Shown here piece by piece: positions 24,862 to 33,761 of a DNA stretch of 39,236 bases (its first letter is position 1; each line of letters opens with the position of its first letter). Position numbers and translations under genes: made by a program. This stretch comes from Armatimonadota bacterium. Lineage in GTDB: Bacteria > Armatimonadota > Zipacnadia > Zipacnadales > UBA5352. The stretch covers positions 1 to 39,236 of the forward strand of contig JAYENL010000111.1 of NCBI GenBank assembly GCA_034722055.1. Direction: 5' to 3'. The notes under the pieces were generated by a model that was given only the letters and a program-made list of their open reading frames with translations, was not told where the DNA came from and searched no databases.

Positions 24862-27510
24862 TCACAGCTCAGACATGTCACGCCAGTTCGTCCCCGCGGA
24901 AACGTCAACGACCAGAGGCACGTTCAACTCGAATGCTGACTCCATCACCTCCTCGATCAGACCGGCGACCTCCTCCACCTCCCCCTCAGGCACCTCCAGC
25001 ACCAGCTCGTCATGCACCTGCAGCAGCATCCGGCTCTCAGGACTCTCCTCGGCCAGTCGCGGTGCCAGCTCGATCATCGCCAGCTTGATGACATCGGCCG
25101 CCGTCCCCTGGATGGGCATATTCACCGCCGCCCGCTCGGCGTAGGAGCGCGCCCGGCCGTCACTGCTGCTGATCTCCGGCAGCGGCCGCTTGCGGCCCAG
25201 CAGCGTCTCCACGTAGCCCTGCTCCCGCGCCACTGCCACGATGTCGTCGATGTAGCCCCGGACGGCCGGCAGCGCGCGGAAATAGTTCTCTATGAAGGCC
25301 TCCGCCTCCTTCCTGTCGATGTCCAGTTGCTGCCCCAGCGCCGTCGGGCCCTGGCCGTAGAGGACGGCGTAGTTGACCGTTTTCGCCCGGCCCCGCATCT
25401 CGTAGGTACACTCCTCGGCGCTCACCTCGAACAGCGCTGACGCCGTCTCCGTGTGGATGTCCCTCCCGCCCCGGAAGGCCTCCACCAGCCGCGGCTCGCC
25501 GCTGATGTGCGCCAGGATGCGCAGCTCGATCTGCGAGTAGTCGGCGGCCAGCAGGCGGCGGCCCTCCTCGCTCACGAAGCAGCTCCGGATCTTCCGGCCC
25601 CACTCGGTGCGGATGGGGATGTTCTGCAGATTCGGGTTGCGGCTCGACAGCCGACCCGTGGCCGCCACCGTCTGCTCGAAGGTTGTGTGAACTCGCCCGG
25701 TCTCCGGATTCACCTCGGCCAGCAGACCATCCACGTACGTCGAGCGCAGCTTCGCATAGTGCCGATACTCCAGAACAAGCTCCGCGATTCTGAACTCGTC
25801 GGCCAGCTCCTCCAGCACCGCCGCGGACGTGGACCAGCCCGTCTTCGTCCGTCGCCCCTTGGGCAGCTCCATGCGCTCGAAGAGCACCTCGGAGAGCTGC
25901 TGCGGGGAGCCCACGTTGAACTCGCACCCGGCGATCTCGCAGATCTCCTCCTCCAAGCTCGCCGCCATCTCGTCGAGCTGCTCCCCCAGCTCCTCCAGCT
26001 TGCCGGTGTCCACCGCGATTCCGTGCAGCTCCATCTCCGCCAGCACCGGCGCCAGCGGCATCTCCATATCGTCGAAGAGATCCAGCACACCGGCCTGGTC
26101 CAGCAGCCCGCGCATCGGCTCCCGCAGCTTGCGCACTGCAACGGCCTCCGCGCCTGCTCGAAGGGTGGCCGGCTCGATCTCCGCCTGGGCTTCCCCGTCT
26201 GTCTCGGGCAAAGCGTACTCCAGATGCTCTCGCGTCACCAGCTCGATGGAGTGGTTTCGGCGATTCGGCTGCAGCAGGTACGACGCGATCTCGGGGTCGA
26301 ACTCCATCCCCGCCAGCGCCACCCCCTGTGCTGCCAGGCGCCGCGCCAGGCCCTTCACGTCCGCGGCACGCTTAGCGATCTGCGGATCGGCCAAAACTTC
26401 GGCCAGCGCAGACAGGTCCAGAGCCTCGCTGTCGGCGGCGGCGAACAGCGTCCCGGCCTCAGCCTGGCCGGCCAGCGGCACCAGCGCCGCCGCTGCGTCT
26501 CCGGTGGCCACAGCCAGCACCGGCGCATGCTCGCCTTGGCTCAGGGCCAGCTCCATCGCCCCGGCCTCGCCCACCGCTGCCACCAGCTCCTCAAGACCCC
26601 CCTGGCTCTGTACCGGCTGGAGCTGCAGCTCCAGATCCGCCTCCTCCCCCCTCGGCAGACGCTCGAGGAGGCTGGTGAACTCCAGCCGGGTCGCAAGCTC
26701 GCGGAGCTTCTCGACGTGCAGCCCGGCCCAGGCCAGCTCCTCGAGCTCCCGATCGATGGGCGCCTCGGTCTCCAGACGCGCCAGCCGCTTGCTCAGCTCC
26801 GCGGCTTCGGGGGCCTCCTGCAGGCGATTGCGGATACGGGTGGACTCAATCTCATCCATGTTCCCGATGGCGGCCTCCAGCGAGCCGAACTGCTGCAGGA
26901 GGGTCAGGGCGCTCTTATCGCCGATCCCCGGCACCCCGGGGATATTGTCGGAGCTATCGCCCGATAGTGCCTTGAGGTCGGTAAGCTGCCGCGGGGACAG
27001 GCCGTACTCCTCCTCTACCGCCTCCACGTCGTAGCGCTTAGTCTCCTTGATGCCCCGCAGCGTCGCCACGACCTCAATGCTGTCATCCACAAGCTGCAGC
27101 AGGTCCTTATCGCCGGTGACGATGGTGACCTGCTTGCCGGCCGCCGCGGCCTGGCGCGCCAGCGTTCCGATCACGTCGTCAGCCTCGAAGCCCTCCACTC
27201 CCATGGCCTGCACGCCCAACGCCTCGATCACGTCCTCGAGCAGGGGAGCCTGCTCCTTCAGGGCCTCGTCCGTCGGGGGGCGGTGTCCCTTGTACTCCTC
27301 GTAGATCTCATCCCGGAAGGTTGGGCCTGGCACATCCAGCGCCACCAGGGCGTAGTCCGGCTCTTGCTCCTCCAGGAGTGGCAGTACCATCTGCAGGAAG
27401 CCGTACAGGGCGTTTGTGGGCTGACCCTCGCTGGTGGTCAGGGGTGGTAGCGCGTGGAACGCCCGGTGGAAAAGGCTATGTCCGTCAATCAACAGCACTT
27501 TCTCGGCCAT
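24862..27510 (-). CDS. polA: DNA polymerase I
   Basis: 5'-3' exonuclease (LLIDGHS, EADDVIGT, GDSSDNIPGVPGIG); polymerase motifs TGRLSSRNPNLQNIP, ADYSQIELR, AKTVNYAVLYG, QVHDEL; the 3'-5' exonuclease region looks degenerate. Start ATG 27510 or GTG 27522. Confidence 0.99.
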   Translation of the reverse strand: MAEKVLLIDGHSLFHRAFHALPPLTTSEGQPTNALYGFLQMVLPLLEEQEPDYALVALDVPGPTFRDEIYEEYKGHRPPTDEALKEQAPLLEDVIEALGVQAMGVEGFEADDVIGTLARQAAAAGKQVTIVTGDKDLLQLVDDSIEVVATLRGIKETKRYDVEAVEEEYGLSPRQLTDLKALSGDSSDNIPGVPGIGDKSALTLLQQFGSLEAAIGNMDEIESTRIRNRLQEAPEAAELSKRLARLETEAPIDRELEELAWAGLHVEKLRELATRLEFTSLLERLPRGEEADLELQLQPVQSQGGLEELVAAVGEAGAMELALSQGEHAPVLAVATGDAAAALVPLAGQAEAGTLFAAADSEALDLSALAEVLADPQIAKRAADVKGLARRLAAQGVALAGMEFDPEIASYLLQPNRRNHSIELVTREHLEYALPETDGEAQAEIEPATLRAGAEAVAVRKLREPMRGLLDQAGVLDLFDDMEMPLAPVLAEMELHGIAVDTGKLEELGEQLDEMAASLEEEICEIAGCEFNVGSPQQLSEVLFERMELPKGRRTKTGWSTSAAVLEELADEFRIAELVLEYRHYAKLRSTYVDGLLAEVNPETGRVHTTFEQTVAATGRLSSRNPNLQNIPIRTEWGRKIRSCFVSEEGRRLLAADYSQIELRILAHISGEPRLVEAFRGGRDIHTETASALFEVSAEECTYEMRGRAKTVNYAVLYGQGPTALGQQLDIDRKEAEAFIENYFRALPAVRGYIDDIVAVAREQGYVETLLGRKRPLPEISSSDGRARSYAERAAVNMPIQGTAADVIKLAMIELAPRLAEESPESRMLLQVHDELVLEVPEGEVEEVAGLIEEVMESAFELNVPLVVDVSAGTNWRDMSEL

Positions 27511-27600
27511 GTCGTCCAGCACCCCAACGCATACATGATTTCGTGGGCAGAACCGCGCCGTGTGCCTTTCTCTGCAGAAGCCGCCGCAGCGCGGCGTAGC

Positions 27601-27840
27601 CGTCTGCCGTTCTCTACCGTTGCCTGATGGTATCTGGCGTTATCTGATGTTGTCTGCCGTTGTCTGCCGTTGTCTGCCGTTGTCTGACGTTGTCTGATGT
27701 TATCTGCCGTTGTCTGACGTTGCCTGATGTTATCTGCCGTTGTCTGGCGTTGTCTGATGTTATCTGCCGTTGTCTGGCGTTATCTGATGTTATCTGATGT
27801 TATCTGCGGTTGTCTGACGTTATCTGCCATTCTCTGTCGT
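27601..27840. repeat. Tandem array of 24 x 10-bp units, consensus TRTCTGNYGT
   Basis: Units such as TGTCTGCCGT, TATCTGATGT, TGTCTGACGT and TGTCTGGCGT stay in exact 10-nt register from 27601 to 27840, abutting the sppA stop codon. Confidence 0.95.
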
Positions 27841-28893
27841 TTACTGCACTATCTTCATCATACTCTCTACGTGAGCGAGTCGCTCGTCATAGAGCATGTA
27901 CTCAACGGCCATCCGCCGGCCAAGCTGTTCCACCTTCGCGCTCACCCACGGGAAAATGCCGGCGCCGCCGCCCATGTTCTTGAGCTTTGGCTCCCCCTCT
28001 ATCCCGCCCAAGTCGCCCGCCAGCTCCACAGCGCGGTAGAAGTTCCCGGTCTCGTCAATCAGCCCGTGCTCCAGCGCCTCCTCCCCGGTATAGATGCGGC
28101 CGTCAGCCAGCTCGCGGACCTCCTCAACATCCATGTTGCGGCCCTCGGCCACTGCCTCGATGAACTGTTCGAGCATGTCGTCGATGAGATTCTGCAGCAG
28201 CTCCTTCTCGTCAGGGCGCATCTCCCGCCACGGCGAGCCGGTGTCCTTGTAGCGACCGGTAGTGAGGTTCCCGCCCTCAACACCGATCTCGTCCATCAGC
28301 TCATAGTACTCCAGGAAGGGCGAGCGCACGCCGATCGAGCCGGTCACCGTTGAGCGGTTGGCCACGATGCGGTCGGCAGCCGCGGCGATATAGTACCCCC
28401 CGGACGCAGCGACGTCGGCCATGGAGACCACCACCGGCTTCTCCTCCGAGAGCTTCTTAACCTCCTCGTAGATCTCCTGAGACGCCGCCGGACTGCCTCC
28501 CGGGCTGTTGATGCGCAGAACCACAGCCTTTACGCTGCTATCGTCACCCGCATCGCGAAGCTGCTTCATCGTCTGTCGGGCGCCGCCCAGAGGCGGCCCG
28601 AAGAGCGGCTGTTCGCCTGCGGCGGTGATCATCCCCGAGACTGTCACCACACCCACGCGCTCGCCGAAGGCGCCGAGCGGCTCGCGGCCCCCCGACGCCA
28701 GTGTAAGCACCGCCACGATCACCAGCACCATCCCCCCCAGCAGCAGCAAGGCCGCCACCGACACGGCGATCACCACCGCCCAGTTGGTTCTCCTCTTCTT
28801 CTGTGGCGGGGGCGGCGGTGGCCCGGGAGGCTCCTGCTCCCGGCTCGATCCCGGCCGGTCCCCCTGCCAACCTCCTGTCTGTCCGCTGACCAA
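27841..28893 (-). CDS. sppA: Signal peptide peptidase SppA (S49, short single-domain type) with N-terminal membrane anchor
   Basis: LRINSPGGS, KPVVVSMADVAASGGYYIA, TGSIGV, GRYKD, ADGRIYTGEEALEHGLID; TTG start after GAGGTGAGG. Confidence 0.93.
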   Translation of the reverse strand: MVSGQTGGWQGDRPGSSREQEPPGPPPPPPQKKRRTNWAVVIAVSVAALLLLGGMVLVIVAVLTLASGGREPLGAFGERVGVVTVSGMITAAGEQPLFGPPLGGARQTMKQLRDAGDDSSVKAVVLRINSPGGSPAASQEIYEEVKKLSEEKPVVVSMADVAASGGYYIAAAADRIVANRSTVTGSIGVRSPFLEYYELMDEIGVEGGNLTTGRYKDTGSPWREMRPDEKELLQNLIDDMLEQFIEAVAEGRNMDVEEVRELADGRIYTGEEALEHGLIDETGNFYRAVELAGDLGGIEGEPKLKNMGGGAGIFPWVSAKVEQLGRRMAVEYMLYDERLAHVESMMKIVQ

Positions 28894-28932
28894 TTCCGCC
28901 TCACCTCACTATCCGTCCAGGCGTCGCCGTCC

Positions 28933-29099
28933 GGAGCGGCGGCGTCTTCAAGAAGCTGCAAGCTACAAGCCTCAAGCCTCCAGCTCGCGACTACCGACTG
29001 TGCCACAGCAAACTCGCCCACCGTTTGTCGTGAGCCGTTGCTGTCCGCAGCGGCGGCGTCTTCAGACCCGCCGGCCGTTTGTCGTCGGCCGTTGCCGTT
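28933..29099. repeat. Composite intergenic repeat: two GCGGCGGCGTCTTCA cores, CCGTTTGTCGT units and a CAAGCYW heptamer run
   Basis: Cores at 28936 and 29050; caagcta-caagcct-caagcct-ccagct run between them; 29050-29099 matches 37564-37613 at 42/50. Confidence 0.75.
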
Positions 29100-29167
29100 A
29101 TCCTCCGGCGCCTCCGCCCGCGCATTCCACCGACACCTGGGAACTCGCACCCGACGTCGCTCCACCG

Positions 29168-29196
29168 TTGACAATCCGTGGTGCCGCTGGTACACT
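29168..29196 (+). promoter_or_regulatory. Consensus sigma70 promoter of tRNA-Leu (TTGACA-N17-TACACT)
   Basis: TTGACA 29168-29173, 17-nt spacer ending TGg, TACACT 29191-29196, 10 nt before the tRNA. Confidence 0.85.
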
Positions 29197-29206
29197 TCTG
29201 GTGGGT

Positions 29207-29296
29207 GCCGGAGTGGCGGAACTGGTAGACGCACCAGACTCAAAATCTGGCGGTGGTCAACCCACTGTGCGGGTTCGAATCCCGCCTCCGGCACCA
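29207..29296 (+). tRNA. tRNA-Leu (anticodon CAA), CCA encoded
   Basis: Acceptor GCCGGAG/CTCCGGC + A + CCA; D arm GGCGGAACTGGTAGACGC; anticodon arm CCAGA-CTCAAAA-TCTGG; long variable arm; T arm GCGGG-TTCGAAT-CCCGC. Confidence 0.98.
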
Positions 29297-29304
29297 CCTT
29301 CAGC

Positions 29305-31020
29305 TCAGTGTTGATCCTCCCCTGGACCCTCCGGCCGCCCCATCTGCCGGAACTTCTCGTAGCGCAGGTCCGGAAGCTGCTCCCAGTCCATCTCCTCCAA
29401 CTCGTCCAGCACCCGGTTCAGCCCCCGCCGCAGCAGTTGCGCAGCGGCCTTCTTGTCCGCGTGCGCGCCCCCCTCCGGCTCGCCGATGATACCATCGACG
29501 ATCCCCAGCCGCAGGGCATCCTCGGCGGTCAGCTTCAGGGCGTCGGCCGCCTCCTCCTTGAGCGACCGGTCGCGCCACAGGATGGCCGCGCACGACTCCG
29601 GCGCGATCACCGAGTAGTAGGAGTTCTCCATCATCAGCACCCGGTCCCCGACCCCGATGCCGATGGCCCCTCCGCTGCCGCCCTCCCCGATGACTGCCGG
29701 CACCACCGGCACCCGCAGCGCGAACATGTCTCGCTGGTTGGAGGCGATGGCCTCGGAGATTCCCCGGGCTTCCGCATCGTCGAGGCAGTGCGCGCCCGGC
29801 GTGTCGATCAACGTCACGATCGGCCGCCCTATCTTGTCGGCAAGCCGCATGATCCGCATGGCCTTTCGGTAGCCCTCCGGCCTCGCCATGGCGAAGTTGC
29901 GCCGCGACCGCTCCCTGGCCTGCCGTCCCTTCTGGTGGCCGATGACCGCGATGGGCCGCCCATCCAGCCACCCCACCCCGCCCACGATGGCCCCATCGTC
30001 CGCGAAGCGCCGGTCGCCGTGCAGCTCCACGAAGCCGGTGATGATCTCGCCGATATAGTCCAGCGAGTAGGGCCGGTCGGGGTGCCGCGCCAACTCCACC
30101 TTCCGCCAGGCGTCGGTGGCCTCGTGAGGCGCGTCGTAGTCGGGCTCGGTGCGCAGCGCGGCGCCGTCAGACGGGGCGTCCTCATCTCTCTGGGACTCCC
30201 CCACGCACCAGGCCACCAGCGTCGCCAGCGTCTGCCGCAGCTCGGAGCGCGGCACCAGCAGGTCCAGCATGCCGTGCTGCCGCTGATACTCCGCCGTCTG
30301 CACCCCCTCGCCGATGGGCATGCCGGTCACGTCGATCACCCGCGGCCCCGCGAAGCCCATGGCCGCTCCCGGCTCGGCGATGATGATGTCCCCCAGGAAG
30401 GCGTAGCTGGCCATGACGCCCCCGTAGGTGGGGTCGGTCAGCACGCTGATGTAGGGCATCCCCGCCTCCGCCAGCTTCGCCGTCGCACCGGAGGTCTTGG
30501 CCATCTGCATCAGCGCCACCAGGCTCTCCTGCATCCGCGCCCCGCCCGACGCGCTGATGATGATCAGTGGCAGCCTCTCCTCCGTCGCCCGCTCGATCAG
30601 CCGCGTAATGCGCTCCCCGACCACGTACCCCATGCTCCCGCCACGGAACCCGGGCTCCATCACCCCGATCGCCACGTCCATCCCCGCGATCTGGGCCCTC
30701 CCCGTCACCACCGCGTCCTGCAGTCCGGTCTTCTCCCGGGTGCTCTCCAGCTTCTCTCGATACTCCGGGAAGCCCAAAGGATCGCACAGGGGCAGATCGG
30801 CGTCCCACTCCTCGAAGCTGCCGGCGTCCACCGTGATGCTCATCCGTTGGTGCGCCGACAGCCGGAAGTGGTGCCCGCACTTGGTGCATACCCACAGGTG
30901 CTGCTGCAGCTCCTTCGTGTACAGGAGCTGGTGGCACTGCGGGCACTCCTCCCACATGTCCTCCGGGATGTCGTCGTCGAACCGGTTCCGTATCTCTCCG
31001 CTGCTGATTGCCGCGGTCAA
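29305..31020 (-). CDS. accDA: Acetyl-CoA carboxylase carboxyltransferase, fused beta (AccD) + alpha (AccA)
   Basis: Zn finger CPQC...CTKC, GGSMG, SASGGARMQE, PTYGGV, FAGPRVI (AccD); ARHPDRP, ELHGDR, EGYRKA, IDTPGA, GEGGSGGA, YSVIAPE (AccA). GGGGAGGT RBS favours TTG 31020 over GTG 31074. Confidence 0.95.
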   Translation of the reverse strand: MTAAISSGEIRNRFDDDIPEDMWEECPQCHQLLYTKELQQHLWVCTKCGHHFRLSAHQRMSITVDAGSFEEWDADLPLCDPLGFPEYREKLESTREKTGLQDAVVTGRAQIAGMDVAIGVMEPGFRGGSMGYVVGERITRLIERATEERLPLIIISASGGARMQESLVALMQMAKTSGATAKLAEAGMPYISVLTDPTYGGVMASYAFLGDIIIAEPGAAMGFAGPRVIDVTGMPIGEGVQTAEYQRQHGMLDLLVPRSELRQTLATLVAWCVGESQRDEDAPSDGAALRTEPDYDAPHEATDAWRKVELARHPDRPYSLDYIGEIITGFVELHGDRRFADDGAIVGGVGWLDGRPIAVIGHQKGRQARERSRRNFAMARPEGYRKAMRIMRLADKIGRPIVTLIDTPGAHCLDDAEARGISEAIASNQRDMFALRVPVVPAVIGEGGSGGAIGIGVGDRVLMMENSYYSVIAPESCAAILWRDRSLKEEAADALKLTAEDALRLGIVDGIIGEPEGGAHADKKAAAQLLRRGLNRVLDELEEMDWEQLPDLRYEKFRQMGRPEGPGEDQH

Positions 31021-31080
31021 GCCTGCACCTCCCCGGGCTGACTTCCCTGTGCCCGGACGGAAGTCCTTTTCCACGATGCG

Positions 31081-32358
31081 TCATGCCGCGCCATCGTTGT
31101 CCTTGCCGCCCACCCGCGCATCTCTTCGTGCCTCACAAGCCCCGGAACCGCAGTGCTCCCAGTTGAGGCCGAAAAGCATGAAGATGGGCAGCCAGTCGAT
31201 CCGGCTGCCAATGCCCGCCCGCACCATCCAGCCCGCCAGCACCGCCAGGCAGGCCCCTACCAGCGCCACGTGCGTCGGCCGCACCCAGTGCTCGTGCTCC
31301 CCTCGGAGCGTGAGCCAGGCCCGGCGGACCACCGCCGCGGCCACGATCAGCATGGCCAGCGCCGCCAGTAGCCCCCCGTCCAGCCACGCATCCAGCCATG
31401 CGTTGTGCGCCCGCTTGAACCCGCCGTGCTGGTGGTAGCGGAGCTGCGCCCCGCCCCACCCCACGACCGGCCTGCGCTGGATCAGCTCGCCTGCCACCGA
31501 CCAGATAAGCATCCGCCGCTGCAGGCTCCGCGTGCCCGTACCCGACCCCACCAGCCCCTGCTGGAACCGCACCAGCGATGGCGGGCCCTCCAGCGTCCCG
31601 GTCGAAAGCAGCACCGAGATGCCGATGACGACGGCCCCGGTCAGCCCCAGCAGCCACCAGCGCCGCAACGCAGTAGCCACCACAACAGTGGTCACCACCG
31701 CAGTCACCAGCGCCGCCCGCGAGCCGGACAGCAGCATCCCCGTCAGGATGACCGCCAGCCCCAGCAGCCACGCCGCCCGCCGCCGCGCGCCGCGCTCGGT
31801 CAGCGCCGGCGTCACGGCCAGGGGAAAGCCCACGATCAGCATGCCCGCGAAGATGCCCGGATTCTCATACAGGGACTGATACCGGCCCTCGTAGGTCATG
31901 GCGGCCCGCCCCACGGCGCTTCGCGTCAGGGCCCCGCCGGTGAACAGGTCCCCCACCGCCAGCCCCGCGAAGCCCGCAACGAAGACTGCGGCGGCTCTCG
32001 CGAAGAGCGCACATCGCCCTGGCCTGTCACAGATGGCGCGCGTCACCGGGGCGTAGACCAGCCACACGAAGCTCCAGCGCAGAAAGTCCTTACCTGCCAG
32101 GCCCAGCTCGTGTGCGTTCGGCATCGACGCGGCCAGGCCTCCGAGAAACAGCAGCCCCGCCGCCATCATCGGGCTGGACGTCCACCACCGCTGGATGAAG
32201 TCTCGGGGGCCGCGAACAAGCGCAAGGTAGACCAGAACCATCAGGCACAATGCAAGCGGCGCGTACGCCAGCGACTGCGCGTTCACCCCGAAGATAGCGT
32301 CGGTGAACAGCGTGATCAGCAGCAGCGCGACCAGGTAGAGGCCGGTAGCCACGACCAT
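31081..32358 (-). CDS. O-antigen ligase / Wzy_C-family polytopic membrane protein
   Basis: Many hydrophobic helices; ENPGIFA, LSGSRAA, RMLIW...RPVVGWG, AHNAWL...GL motifs. Start uncertain (ATG 32358; ORF track 32430). Confidence 0.85.
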   Translation of the reverse strand: MVVATGLYLVALLLITLFTDAIFGVNAQSLAYAPLALCLMVLVYLALVRGPRDFIQRWWTSSPMMAAGLLFLGGLAASMPNAHELGLAGKDFLRWSFVWLVYAPVTRAICDRPGRCALFARAAAVFVAGFAGLAVGDLFTGGALTRSAVGRAAMTYEGRYQSLYENPGIFAGMLIVGFPLAVTPALTERGARRRAAWLLGLAVILTGMLLSGSRAALVTAVVTTVVVATALRRWWLLGLTGAVVIGISVLLSTGTLEGPPSLVRFQQGLVGSGTGTRSLQRRMLIWSVAGELIQRRPVVGWGGAQLRYHQHGGFKRAHNAWLDAWLDGGLLAALAMLIVAAAVVRRAWLTLRGEHEHWVRPTHVALVGACLAVLAGWMVRAGIGSRIDWLPIFMLFGLNWEHCGSGACEARRDARVGGKDNDGAA

Positions 32359-32466
32359 CGCAGATCCGCCCGCCTGACCATGTGACCTCTCTCGCCCCTT
32401 CTCCGCCTCCCACCCGTCCGCCTGCCCCACCGCCTCCCGAACTGCTCGTCCTCACCGCCACCGCTG

Positions 32467-32496
32467 TTGCCGTCTCCGCTGCAGTTATGCTATTCT
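32467..32496 (+). promoter_or_regulatory. Putative promoter for pheA (TTGCCG-N18-TATTCT, TATG extension)
   Basis: TTGCCG tctccgctgcagttatgc TATTCT, followed by RBS AGGGAGG and ATG 32533. Confidence 0.55.
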
Positions 32497-32532
32497 CTGC
32501 GCAACATCCCATTAGGGAGGCTCTCACCCGCA

Positions 32533-33597
32533 ATGTCCCTGGACGATCTCCGCCGCCGCATCGACGAGCTCGACGCTCGCATCCTGGAGCTGCTCCTCGA
32601 GCGCGGGCGACTTGCCAGCACGGTCGGCGAGCTCAAGGCCGAGGGCGATGCCCCGGTCTACGCCCCCGACCGCGAGGCCGAGCTGATGCGCGATCTCCTC
32701 GATCGCCATCTGGAGCCCCTCGACGAGGAGGCCGTGTCGGCGGTGTTTCGGGAGATCGTCTCCGCCTGCCGCGGCCTGCAGCGGCTGCCGCGCGTCGCCT
32801 ACCTGGGCCCGGAGCACACCTTCACGCACCTGGCCGCCCGCCAGCGGTTCGGTCATCGCGCCGACTTCCTCCCCGAGGACTCCATCTTCGACATCTTCGA
32901 CGCCGCCGAGCGCGGTCAGGCCGACTTCGGCGTGGTCCCGATCCAGAACTCCATCGAGGGTGTCGTGGGCCAGACGCTCGACAGCCTCCTCGAGACACCG
33001 CTGCGCATCTGCGCCGAGGTCTACGTGCAGATCAATCACTACCTGGCGGCCCTCGACGACATCCCGGCCGTCACGCGCGTCTGTTCCCATCCGCAGGTGC
33101 TGGCGCAGTGTCGCGTGTGGCTGCGCGAGAACCTTCCGGGCGTGGAGCAGGTGCCGAGCTCCTCCTCCGGAGCCGCCGCGGCCGACGCGGCAGAGGATCC
33201 CGCTGTCGCCGCCATCTGCACGCGCGAGGCGGCGGAGGCCAACGGCCTGCGGGTGCTGGCCGAGAAGATCGAGGATGTTGCCGACAACCGCACCCGCTTC
33301 TTCATCATCGGCGACCTCGACGTCAGCCCTACCGGCCGCGACAAGACCTCCCTGGTCTTCAGCACCCCCCATCGTGCCGGTGCCCTCCACCGAGCCCTGG
33401 GCGCCTTCGCACAGCACACCATCAACCTCACCATGATCCAGTCCCGCCCGGCCCGGGCCAAGCTCTGGGAGTATGTCTTCTTCGTGGACTTCGAGGGCCA
33501 CCGGCAGGACCCCGGCCCTACCGCGGCCCTTGACCAGCTCAGCGAGTGGTGTCTCCTGCTGAAGGTTCTGGGCAGCTATCCGGCGGAGCCCGCATAG
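32533..33597 (+). CDS. pheA: Bifunctional chorismate mutase / prephenate dehydratase (P-protein)
   Basis: AroQ domain LDDLRRRIDELD...RE; PDT motifs YLGPEHTFT, VPIQNSIEG, SHPQVLAQC, NRTRF; ACT domain with IQSRP; ends LGSYP. Confidence 0.96.
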   Translation: MSLDDLRRRIDELDARILELLLERGRLASTVGELKAEGDAPVYAPDREAELMRDLLDRHLEPLDEEAVSAVFREIVSACRGLQRLPRVAYLGPEHTFTHLAARQRFGHRADFLPEDSIFDIFDAAERGQADFGVVPIQNSIEGVVGQTLDSLLETPLRICAEVYVQINHYLAALDDIPAVTRVCSHPQVLAQCRVWLRENLPGVEQVPSSSSGAAAADAAEDPAVAAICTREAAEANGLRVLAEKIEDVADNRTRFFIIGDLDVSPTGRDKTSLVFSTPHRAGALHRALGAFAQHTINLTMIQSRPARAKLWEYVFFVDFEGHRQDPGPTAALDQLSEWCLLLKVLGSYPAEPA

Positions 33598-33736
33598 CCC
33601 CGCTATGCGTGCAAGTGGCCCTGCGCCTGAGAGTGTGTCTCAGGCGCAGAAGAAGGCTTCCATCTCGGCAGTTGACGGACACCGCAGTCTGGCGCTCGAC
33701 GTGAATCGAAGGGCAGGCGCCGGCCGGCGCCTGCCC
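33591..33736. terminator. Three hairpins between convergent pheA and the M48-like gene; probable terminators or 3' protectors without U-tracts
   Basis: CGCATAGC/GCTATGCG (33591-33609); CTGCGCCTGAGA/TCTCAGGCGCAG (33621-33649); perfect 26-bp palindrome GGGCAGGCGCCGGCCGGCGCCTGCCC (33711-33736). Confidence 0.6.
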
Positions 33737-33761
33737 ACACGCACTGGTTCCGTCGCCGGCC

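Noticed and set aside
27601..28353. ORF 27727-28353 with MLSAVVWRCL repeats; array as CRISPR or coding repeat
   Set aside because: The peptide periodicity is a by-product of the 10/30-bp DNA repeat, the rest is antisense to sppA, and there is no RBS or spacer structure.
29207..29296. tRNA-Leu as an integration site for a genomic island
   Set aside because: No integrase, no duplicated tRNA 3' end seen, and both flanks are housekeeping genes.
31081..32358. O-antigen ligase as the glycolipid-anchoring partner of the secreted cluster
   Set aside because: It is about 9 kb away in a separate transcription unit with accDA; nothing in the sequence links the two.
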